Source: Subdoligranulum sp. | GTDB taxonomy: Bacteria; Bacillota; Clostridia; Oscillospirales; Ruminococcaceae | Assembly: GCA_004555405.1 (NCBI GenBank) | Contig: SFIE01000003.1 | Coordinates: 1,049-65,048, forward strand | Reading direction: 5' to 3' | DNA: 64,000 nucleotides | Part shown: positions 8,828-16,256 of the stretch, piece by piece | Position numbering within the stretch: the stretch's first letter is position 1 | How the letters are laid out: every line of letters starts with the position of its first letter | The notes under the pieces: model-generated | The model's database searches: none | Told to the model about the DNA's origin: nothing | What the model saw: the letters and a program-made list of their open reading frames with translations, nothing else | Program-made: the position numbers and the translations under genes

Positions 8828-9065
8828 ATATAAAGTTTGGCCCCTTTTGATCATTTCAAAACTTAATTAAATAAAGCCTTTCTTTGTGCATAACAGCCAA
8901 ATATTAAAAGAATAGTGCAGCATATTGCACTGTTAAAACATTTTTAATGCAAAAATTTCATTAAATTATTCTAAAATTTCATCAGTCAAAAAATCAAATC
9001 TCTTTGTACAAAATGTACATAAGTCCCCTGTTATTTTGGTAAATGTGCCCTTTCCACCGGTTTTT

Positions 9066-9106
9066 GCTGCAAACAAAGGGCGCAGTGCCGCCCGGCACTG
9101 CGCCCT
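9066..9106 (-). terminator. Rho-independent terminator after ggt copy 2
   Basis: 13-bp perfect stem AGGGCGCAGTGCC / GGCACTGCGCCCT, followed on the minus strand by TTTGTTTGC. Confidence 0.7.
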
Positions 9107-9142
9107 GTATTTCCGCTTTTTGTTTGGCTGCCTTACAAAAGA

Positions 9143-10951
9143 TCAGTAAGCCAGTGCCTTGCCGTCACGACGGGGATCAGCGCCGCCGTCCAGCGTGCCG
9201 TCCTCTGCATAGCGCACAGCGTTCACCGAGCCGAAGGCGCGGTTAAAGTCATCGCTGGCGTTCATGGTCCAGCCCTTAGCCTCCATCTCAGAGATGGTTT
9301 CCTCCGAGAAGCGGCCCTCGTAGTCCAGCGTGGTGTCACGGAAGCCCTTGATACGGGGTGCATCGATGGCTTCCTGCATGGTCATGCCATGGTCGATCAG
9401 GTTGGAGCAGAGCTGAGAAACGGTGGCAATGATGGTGGTGCCGCCGGGAGAGCCCAGAGCTGCCACGGGCTTGCCGTCCTTTTCGATCACGGTGGGGCTC
9501 ATGCTGGACAGAGGAGTCTTGCCGCCTGCGATGGAGTTGGGGTGGCCTGCGCCCACATTGAAGTCGCCCATTTCGTTGTTCATCACAAAGCCGTAGCCAT
9601 CCACAGCCACAGAAGCGCCGAAGTAGCCGTTTACCGTGCAGGTAACTGCCACCATGTTGCCGTCCTTATCCGCCACAGAGTAGTGGGTGGTGTCCTGATG
9701 CTCAAACATCCAGGGATCGTCGGGCAGAACATTGGTCATAGCGGTGTCCATGTCGATCTTGTCGGCCAGCTTCTTGGCGTAATCCTTGTTCAGCAGGCCC
9801 TCGATAGGCACATCCACAAACTTGGTGTCGCCCATGTACTCGCCGCGGTCGGCATAAGCCATGGCAAAGGCAGAGCCGATCAGGTGCTGTGCCTCGGCAG
9901 AATCCTGCTCCATGCTGGGCAGATCAAAGTTTTCGAGAATGTTCAGGATCTCCAGCACGATGGTGCCGCCCGAGGAGGGAGAGGGAGAAGAATAGATGTC
10001 ATAGCCGCGGTAGGTGCCGTGTACGGGCTCCATGACCTCAACTTCGTAGTTGGCCAGATCTTCCTTGGTCATCAGTCCGCCGTACTTCTGGGTGGCTGCC
10101 ACCATGGCATCGGCGATCTCGCCCTTGTAGAAGACTTCTGCGCCCTGATCGGCGATCAGCTTCAGAGTTTTGGCGTAATCGGGGTTTTTGAAGGTGTCGC
10201 CGATATTGTAGGGCATCAGCATACCGTCAACATCCTTCAGGAACAGCTTGCCGCTCTCGGAGTAGAGCATCAGCTTGTCGTAGCTGTTGTTCATATCGTT
10301 GGCCAGCGTGGGGGTAACGGTAAAGCCCTTTTCGGCCAGCTCAATGATGGGAGCCATGATCTGCTCACGGGTCATGGTGCCGTAGTTGTCCAGTGCATAC
10401 AGCAGGCCTGCCACATAGCCGGGCACGCCCACGGCCTTGCCGCCGTTCATGTTCTGGCCGCCGATCACATTGCCCTCGGAGTCCACCTGCCACATATCGG
10501 GGGTGGCAGCAGCGGGGGCGCACTCACGGAAGTTGACAAACTCCACCTCGCCGGTTTCGGCCGAGCGCAGAGTCATAAAGCCGCCGCCGCCCAAACCGGT
10601 GGCGTTGGGCTCCACAAGGCCCAGCGTAAAGCCAACGGCCACAGCAGCATCCACAGCGTTGCCGCCCTGCTCAATGATGGTGCGGCCGATCTTGGAGGCT
10701 TCGTACTTGCCCGAGGAAACCACGCCGTTTTCGCCCGCAGCGTCACGGCCGGTGGTGGTGAGGGTGCCATCCTCGTTCCACAGCACAAAATCATCCAACG
10801 AGGTGTAGCCGGCCTCGGCAGAATCGCCGGTTTCGGCCGGGGCGGAGGCTGCAGACTGCGAAGAAGCAGCGCCCTGAGCGCCGCAGCCCGTCAGCATGGC
10901 TGCTGCCAAACCCAGCGCAGCCACGCGCTTGGTGACTTGCATTTTTTTCAT
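9143..10951 (-). CDS. ggt: Gamma-glutamyltransferase-family lipoprotein (GGT/CapD-type), copy 2
   Basis: 602 aa when started at MKKMQVTK (ATG 10951, RBS AAAGGAGGAAA). Lipobox LTGC-GA. Nucleophile context HQDTTHYSVAD. Paralogue of copy 1 along the full length. Confidence 0.85.
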   Translation of the reverse strand: MKKMQVTKRVAALGLAAAMLTGCGAQGAASSQSAASAPAETGDSAEAGYTSLDDFVLWNEDGTLTTTGRDAAGENGVVSSGKYEASKIGRTIIEQGGNAVDAAVAVGFTLGLVEPNATGLGGGGFMTLRSAETGEVEFVNFRECAPAAATPDMWQVDSEGNVIGGQNMNGGKAVGVPGYVAGLLYALDNYGTMTREQIMAPIIELAEKGFTVTPTLANDMNNSYDKLMLYSESGKLFLKDVDGMLMPYNIGDTFKNPDYAKTLKLIADQGAEVFYKGEIADAMVAATQKYGGLMTKEDLANYEVEVMEPVHGTYRGYDIYSSPSPSSGGTIVLEILNILENFDLPSMEQDSAEAQHLIGSAFAMAYADRGEYMGDTKFVDVPIEGLLNKDYAKKLADKIDMDTAMTNVLPDDPWMFEHQDTTHYSVADKDGNMVAVTCTVNGYFGASVAVDGYGFVMNNEMGDFNVGAGHPNSIAGGKTPLSSMSPTVIEKDGKPVAALGSPGGTTIIATVSQLCSNLIDHGMTMQEAIDAPRIKGFRDTTLDYEGRFSEETISEMEAKGWTMNASDDFNRAFGSVNAVRYAEDGTLDGGADPRRDGKALAY

Positions 10952-11070
10952 TGTATTTCCTCCTTTGTTTTGGGGGTCTTTACCCGTGCGCCGCACGGGA
11001 ATGCCGAACTTTCATAACCCGGAGAAAAGCGGAACTCCATTTGTGAAAATTCTGTGTACATTACTCTCAA

Positions 11071-11099
11071 ATTATAATAACTGTTTATTGCCTGTGTAA
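11071..11099 (-). promoter_or_regulatory. Candidate sigma-A promoter of ggt copy 2 (TTACAC-17-TATAAT on the minus strand)
   Basis: Hexamers read directly. The TTCTCATATTT half-site lies 5 nt upstream of the -35. Confidence 0.45.
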
Positions 11100-11237
11100 A
11101 GTTTTTCTCATATTTCTCTCAAAAAATGCCTAAAAATATAAAGTCCCCGGCCGGTTTTCCGGCCAAGGGCTTTACATTATAAAGCGTTTGCATTGTAATA
11201 TTGCACAAGGAATTATTTATCCTCTTGGCTAATATGC

Positions 11238-11858
11238 TTAATTTCCCGGTGTGCGGCGAAACAGCTGGCGCGGGCGGCCCACCTTGCCGTAAATGCTCAC
11301 CATCTCCACCTTTTTATTCTGGATCAGATACTGCAAATAGCGATACACCGTTTGGTAAGCAAGGCCGCTGCTTTTGGCCACCTCGTTCACCGTCATGTAA
11401 TCTTCGCCCTCCTTCAGCGAATCCAGCACCAGCTGCAGCGTGGCTTCGCTCAGGCCCTTGCTCAGCGGCTGGGCAGGCTGCTCGCGTTCCAGCAGGCGCA
11501 GGTGCAGCTTGATGCGGCTGATGATATCCGGGGCCTTGATGGGCTTCAGGGCAAAATCGCTGGCACCGGCCTGCAAAAACTGATCGGCCACCTCCTGGCT
11601 TTCATCGATGGTAAACACAATGATGGGCACCGTGCGGGAAAGCTTGCGCAGCAGGCGCACACCCTCCACCCCGTTGATGCCCGGCATATGATAATCGATC
11701 AGCACAATGTCCGGGCGGTGCAGCCGAAACTGCTCGATGCCCTTTTCCACTGTGGGTGCGCAGCAGGCTTCCCAGCCCTGAAAGCGAAACAATTCGCCCA
11801 AGGCAAAGCGGATATTTTCCTCATCGTCAATGGAAAGAATCGTTATTTTGCGTTCCAT
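11238..11858 (-). CDS. Response regulator, REC plus C-terminal HTH (CitB/DcuR-like architecture)
   Basis: 206 aa. Receiver domain with IVLIDYHMPGINGVEG (phospho-Asp context). The C-terminal MTVNEVAKSSGLAYQTVYRYLQYL HTH is typical of the CitB/DcuR class. Its start overlaps the kinase gene by 32 nt. Confidence 0.8.
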   Translation of the reverse strand: MERKITILSIDDEENIRFALGELFRFQGWEACCAPTVEKGIEQFRLHRPDIVLIDYHMPGINGVEGVRLLRKLSRTVPIIVFTIDESQEVADQFLQAGASDFALKPIKAPDIISRIKLHLRLLEREQPAQPLSKGLSEATLQLVLDSLKEGEDYMTVNEVAKSSGLAYQTVYRYLQYLIQNKKVEMVSIYGKVGRPRQLFRRTPGN

Positions 11859-13272
11859 AGTCCAGTACCTCCGGTAAAAATATCAAAAAGCGCGTTCCCT
11901 TGCCCGGGCAGCTTTCGGAAACCACCGAGCCGTCCATGGCTTCTACGGTCTTTTTCACAAACGCAAGGCCCAGCCCGCTGGAGCCCTTGCCCGAAATGCC
12001 CTGTTCCCACATGGCGGCCTGCTCCTGCTCGGTCATGCCGCGGCCATTGTCCGTCACCGAAAAAGTAACATAGGGCACGCCCTCCACCAATCTGGCCCGC
12101 ACCCGCAGCCAGATCTCCAGCGGGCGGCTGCTCACGGCGGCCTGTGCGGCATTGCGGATCAGGTTGACCAGCACCCGCGTGAACAGAATGCTGTTCACAC
12201 TCACGCAGGTTTCCGGCACTTCGTTGTCAATGTGTACGCAGGCGGCGTAGCTTTCCACCGACACCTGCGCCAGCGCCATATCCAGAAGGCGCGCGGTTTC
12301 GGTGCGGCTGCAGCGGTTTTCGTACAGAATTTCCGAGATCATGCCGCTCATGCGGTCCATCTGGTTTTCAATGCGGCTCAGGTACTCCAGCTCTTTTTCG
12401 TTGCCGTTTCTTTCGCTTTGCATTTTCAAAACGCCCACCAGCGTTTGGGTGCTGGTAAGGGGCGATTTCAGATCATGCACCAGATATTTTATTTCCTGAT
12501 AGGTGCGGTTTTTCATTTCCAGCAGCATAGCGCGGCCCTGGGCGGCCTGTGTTTTTTCGCGCTCCTTTGCCAGGCGCTGAAAGTTGTTTTCGTCCCGCAG
12601 CTGCAGCAGAATGATAACCGCAAACAGCGCCACCACCAGAATGCCCACCGCGCCCACGGCGTTCAAAAGCGGGTTGGCCTCCAGCACTTCGGCGATCAGC
12701 TTGATATCCATGCTGGTTTCGCCGCGGCCCACCGGCAGCGAGCTCATCAGCGGCATGATATCCAAAAACTGAAACGCCACTGTAAAAATCAGCAGCATCA
12801 GTGTTTTTTTGGTGCGGGAGATATACTGATAGTCCATGCGGCGAAACAGCGCCACGCACAAACTGAGCAAAAGCGCGGGCAGACCAAAGTCATACCGGAT
12901 GCCGCTTACGATGTAGATTGCTTCGTATACCAGCGGCAGGATCAGCAGAATCATGCAGGCATTGGGCACCCAGCATTTGCGCCCGCGCCAGTAGATCTGC
13001 ACGGATTCCGCAATAAAATATGCGCCAATGTAGTGCGGGGCGGCGCGCAGGGCGTTGAGCATCACAAGGCGCAGCGCCGCGATCATCAGGTCGGTCTTTT
13101 CCTGATATTCCAGCGCCAGATACATATATTCCTGCACCCGGAAGCTTTGCACGGTAAACAGGATCGGCATCAGAAAGCTCAGCCCGATCAACGCCGCGCC
13201 GATGTGCATTTCTTTCTGGTCGGTTTTCTGGATCTCAAAATCCGAAATGTGAATTTCAGGCAGTTTCAACAA
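11827..13272 (-). CDS. Multi-TM sensor histidine kinase
   Basis: 481 aa with about 6 N-terminal TM segments. H-box YLVHDLKSPLTS, N-box LVNLIRNAAQA, G-boxes DNGRGM and GKGSSGLGLAF. The start is TTG (13272 or 13269), overlapping the upstream gene stop. Confidence 0.85.
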   Translation of the reverse strand: MLKLPEIHISDFEIQKTDQKEMHIGAALIGLSFLMPILFTVQSFRVQEYMYLALEYQEKTDLMIAALRLVMLNALRAAPHYIGAYFIAESVQIYWRGRKCWVPNACMILLILPLVYEAIYIVSGIRYDFGLPALLLSLCVALFRRMDYQYISRTKKTLMLLIFTVAFQFLDIMPLMSSLPVGRGETSMDIKLIAEVLEANPLLNAVGAVGILVVALFAVIILLQLRDENNFQRLAKEREKTQAAQGRAMLLEMKNRTYQEIKYLVHDLKSPLTSTQTLVGVLKMQSERNGNEKELEYLSRIENQMDRMSGMISEILYENRCSRTETARLLDMALAQVSVESYAACVHIDNEVPETCVSVNSILFTRVLVNLIRNAAQAAVSSRPLEIWLRVRARLVEGVPYVTFSVTDNGRGMTEQEQAAMWEQGISGKGSSGLGLAFVKKTVEAMDGSVVSESCPGKGTRFLIFLPEVLDYGTQNNDSFH

Positions 13273-14345
13273 GTTTCTCCTTTTTGGTCACGTGGCTTTT
13301 TGCAGGCAAACAGCAAAAGCACCGCCGCCCCCAGCACACCGGCCGCCGCCAGCGCCCGGGGGTATTCCGTGCAGAAATACACGGCGCTTTGCCCCGGGGG
13401 CAAAATGATCTCGGGGTCAAACGGAAGGCTGTATTGCGCCGCCAGCTGTTTGATGTTTAAAATATGCAGCACCGGCAGGCCGCGGGCATTGTAATATTGC
13501 AGAAGGCCATCGTCCGGGCGCACCGCCGTTACGGTGTAGGGGGCCAGCACGCCGGGCTTCATGGTGTCTTCCTGCATGCCAATGGTGGTAATGTTGCCTC
13601 CCACGCCCACAAAGCAGCTGATGGGCCCCTGTGCGGCATACAGCGCCTCGCGGGCTTTCAGATTGGCCGCAAAGTCTTTTTCCCGCATGATCTCGGCCAC
13701 GCCGTAGCTTGCAATGCGCGCCAGTGCGGCCTCACGGTCCTCTTCAAACATTTCTCCGCCGCAGTCGTAATCGCCGCCGGGGGTGATGAGCGCCGGGGGC
13801 GTTTGCAGCTTGCCCTCCAGATACAGGCGGCACACCATGTCCGGAAAAGTAAATTCCGGCTGGTTGGCGCCAAAGGTGCTTGCCCCCAGCGAAGCGATAT
13901 AGATCACTTTTACCTGCATGGCCTCGCAGGCGGCCAGCAGGGCCAGATTCATGGTGGGGAACGAGCCGGAAAAGCCTGCGCCGATGGTATCCCCCGTTTC
14001 CACCCCGGCCTCGGTGAGCATTTGCACCAGCAGCGCCGCCATATCGGCATTGGCCGTGGTGCGCTTGGCTTCCTCGGAGCCAAGGCTTGTGGTGATGGGG
14101 GTATACTCATCGCCGATCATGCCGGTCTGATGGGTGTCATACGGGGTGATGGCCAGCCCGGCTTCCAGCTTATAGCGCTTCACATCGTCCATCCAGCCCT
14201 GCAGCGTTTGCGCGGCCTGCAGCTTTACGGCATAGTCCTCGGCCGGTCGTTTTTGGCCCCGGGCCAGCGTGAGCAGCAGGCAGGCTGCCAGCCACGCCAC
14301 AGCCAGCACCAGCGCCCCTGTGCGGCGCTTTTGCAAAGCATTCAT
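13266..14345 (-). CDS. Bitopic (N- and C-terminal TM) protein, candidate third component of the poly-gamma-glutamate system (not a PgsA/CapA metallophosphatase)
   Basis: 359 aa from ATG 14345 (RBS AAAGGGGG). An alternative GTG at 14366 overlaps the pgsC stop. TM helices sit at both ends with a large central domain. It lies immediately after pgsB-pgsC. I recall a TIGRFAM-type family named poly-gamma-glutamate system protein with this gene position, but cannot verify that here. Confidence 0.5.
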   Translation of the reverse strand: MNALQKRRTGALVLAVAWLAACLLLTLARGQKRPAEDYAVKLQAAQTLQGWMDDVKRYKLEAGLAITPYDTHQTGMIGDEYTPITTSLGSEEAKRTTANADMAALLVQMLTEAGVETGDTIGAGFSGSFPTMNLALLAACEAMQVKVIYIASLGASTFGANQPEFTFPDMVCRLYLEGKLQTPPALITPGGDYDCGGEMFEEDREAALARIASYGVAEIMREKDFAANLKAREALYAAQGPISCFVGVGGNITTIGMQEDTMKPGVLAPYTVTAVRPDDGLLQYYNARGLPVLHILNIKQLAAQYSLPFDPEIILPPGQSAVYFCTEYPRALAAAGVLGAAVLLLFACKKPRDQKGETC

Positions 14346-14362
14346 ATGCAAAAAGCCCCCTT

Positions 14363-14788
14363 TCACACACCGGGCAGCTTTTGGCCGATGGCCAGCAGCA
14401 CCAGCGCTGTCAGCAGGGTGGCGGCGGCAATGGCCAAAAGGGCATCGCGAAAGCCCTGACGATCGATCTCACGCGCCAGAATGCCGGGCATCAGCACACC
14501 GATCACACTGAAGGGCAAAAGCCTGCAGGCGCTCAGTGCCCAGCTTAACAAAAAGGTGAGCAGGATCAGAAAGGCAAATCGGCGGCGGCCGTATAAGATC
14601 AGCCAGCGGGAGGCAAGGCGGCACAAAAGCACCGCTGCAGCGGCCACCGCCAGCGTAACGGCAATGCGCCCCGGGCTGTGCAGCGCCAGCACCAGATATC
14701 CCGGCACGATCAAGCCCGCCGAAAGGCCGGTGAGCTCGGTAAAGATCATGCTGACTATCACGCCCAAAAGAATGATCTGGTTATACAT
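14363..14788 (-). CDS. pgsC: Poly-gamma-glutamate biosynthesis membrane protein PgsC/CapC
   Basis: 141 aa from MYNQIILLG (RBS GAGGAGGGAAG). It aligns by eye with B. subtilis PgsC: GLIVPGYLVL vs GLVVPGYLAL, ILYGRRRFAFL vs ILYGRRKFAAM, VLMPGILAREIDRQG vs VIVPGLIANTIQRQG. Confidence 0.85.
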   Translation of the reverse strand: MYNQIILLGVIVSMIFTELTGLSAGLIVPGYLVLALHSPGRIAVTLAVAAAAVLLCRLASRWLILYGRRRFAFLILLTFLLSWALSACRLLPFSVIGVLMPGILAREIDRQGFRDALLAIAAATLLTALVLLAIGQKLPGV

Positions 14789-15908
14789 ATTCGCTTCCCT
14801 CCTCACGCGCCCGGGCGATCAGCTCGCGCCCTGCGCCGTACAGATTCCCCACTGCCAGCAGCACCGTGCCCCTGGGCGTTTGCCCCAGGGGCATCTGGGC
14901 GGCACGCGCAAAGCTGCGCACGCAGCACCCGGGCAGCAGGCGATGCAGCCGGGCCTTCATATAGTTTTTGTGCGAGCCCGCCAGCCAGATCTCCGCCGGG
15001 GCCAGGCGGGTACACACCGTAAGCATATCCCGGGTGCGGCTGCCGCGGTCGGCACGGTTGCACACGATCAGCACCAGACGCCCGGCCTTGGCCCCCAGCT
15101 TTGCCTGCAGCTGCTGCCACACGATATAAGTAGAATCCGGGTCGTTCACCGAAACAGCGTTCACAAATATGCCGTTTCCGGCGGTGTACAGGGCCAGCGC
15201 GTAGGGGTCACGCTTATAGTGCGCCATGCCCTGCAGGGCGGTTTGGCGCGCAACGCCCAGCTGCTGGCACACGGCCAGTGCCAGTGCGATATTCTCGGCA
15301 AAATCAAAATCCGGCTCGCTGCCGTTTGGGCGGGCCAGCGTGAATCGGCTGTGCATTTTTTCGGCATAGGCCTGCAGGCGCGGGGCCATGGCCTCATCGG
15401 CGGTAAACAAAATGCCGTTTTGGGGCACTGTATTGCAAAGGGTATCCGCAATTTCAGGCAAAGTATCCCCCATCACATCCGCATGGTCGTGCCGCACATT
15501 GGTGATCACGCCCACATCTGCCTGCAGAATGCGGTGCTGGGCGCAGCGCTGGTATTCCGGCTGCAGCGCCATGCATTCGATCACCAGCACCTGGGCATTT
15601 TCGGCGGCAGCACGGCGCAGTATGCCCACCTGCTCTTTGATATTGGCCTTGCCCCGGCGGCGCAGCGGTTCCTCGACACCGGCCACATTGATGGTCATGG
15701 GGTCGGTGCCGGTGGTTTTGCAGAACACACGCACCCCGCCGGCCCGCAGCCCGGCCTCGATCAGGCGGCACACGGTGGATTTTCCCCGCGTGCCGTTTAC
15801 ATGCACCACATGGCGCAGTGCGGCGCGGCTGCGGGCAGCGGCGCGGCTTTCCAGCCAAAGCCCGGCCGCCCAAAACATTCCGGCCAGCAAAATAACGGTT
15901 TTCAGCAT
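14781..15908 (-). CDS. pgsB: Poly-gamma-glutamate synthase PgsB/CapB (Mur-ligase-fold amide ligase)
   Basis: 375 aa from MLKTVILLAG. It shares VNGTRGKSTV (P-loop), KTTGTD, ECMALQPEYQ and ITNVRHDHADVMGDTLPEIA with B. subtilis PgsB motifs INGIRGKSTV, KTTGTD, ECMAVNPDYQ and VNVLEDHMDVMGPTLDEIA. Confidence 0.88.
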   Translation of the reverse strand: MLKTVILLAGMFWAAGLWLESRAAARSRAALRHVVHVNGTRGKSTVCRLIEAGLRAGGVRVFCKTTGTDPMTINVAGVEEPLRRRGKANIKEQVGILRRAAAENAQVLVIECMALQPEYQRCAQHRILQADVGVITNVRHDHADVMGDTLPEIADTLCNTVPQNGILFTADEAMAPRLQAYAEKMHSRFTLARPNGSEPDFDFAENIALALAVCQQLGVARQTALQGMAHYKRDPYALALYTAGNGIFVNAVSVNDPDSTYIVWQQLQAKLGAKAGRLVLIVCNRADRGSRTRDMLTVCTRLAPAEIWLAGSHKNYMKARLHRLLPGCCVRSFARAAQMPLGQTPRGTVLLAVGNLYGAGRELIARAREEGSEYV

Positions 15909-16166
15909 AAAAGCCCCCTGCTGTTTTTCCCGGATACCAGGCCGGGGCCGGTATCCCTTTGATGGCTTATTTTTACAGCGGCACACCCTGCCCGGCAGGG
16001 CATACTGCAGCTATTCTATAAAAATAATAAGGCATTTTGTGACAAATGACCATAGATAAATATGAAAAAAACAAATTTTCGCGGCTTTTCCCCGCCGGGC
16101 GGCTGCCTTTTTTCCGTGCCGTTTTTCTCTGTGCCCTGTGCCGGAATGTAAAATATCTGTCAAGTC

Positions 16167-16196
16167 ATATCATTCCGCTTCACAGAATGATATAAT
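16167..16196 (+). promoter_or_regulatory. Perfect 9-bp inverted repeat ATATCATTC-N9-GAATGATAT overlapping a TATAAT box upstream of ktrB
   Basis: Read directly. TATAAT is at 16191-16196, about 60 nt upstream of the ktrB ATG. Confidence 0.4.
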
Positions 16197-16256
16197 ATCC
16201 ATGCGCTGATTTTTGCAAACGCATCACGCCTTTGTTTTAGGCCGAAAGGAATTGTT

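Noticed and set aside
6704-11017. 692-aa and 542-aa plus-strand ORFs (6704-8782, 9389-11017)
   Set aside because: Both are exact antisense shadows of the two GGT genes. Their sequence is low-complexity and Gly/Ala/His-rich, and I saw no motifs.
11143-11172. Terminator after the response-regulator gene
   Set aside because: There is only a 6-bp GGCCGG/CCGGCC stem with a TTTT loop, although a T-rich tail follows on the minus strand. It is too weak to list as a feature, so read-through into ggt copy 2 remains possible.
15987-16256. Possible c-di-AMP (ydaO-type) riboswitch upstream of ktrB
   Set aside because: No conserved ydaO-like pseudo-two-fold core could be recognised by eye. The leader from the putative -10 is only about 60 nt.
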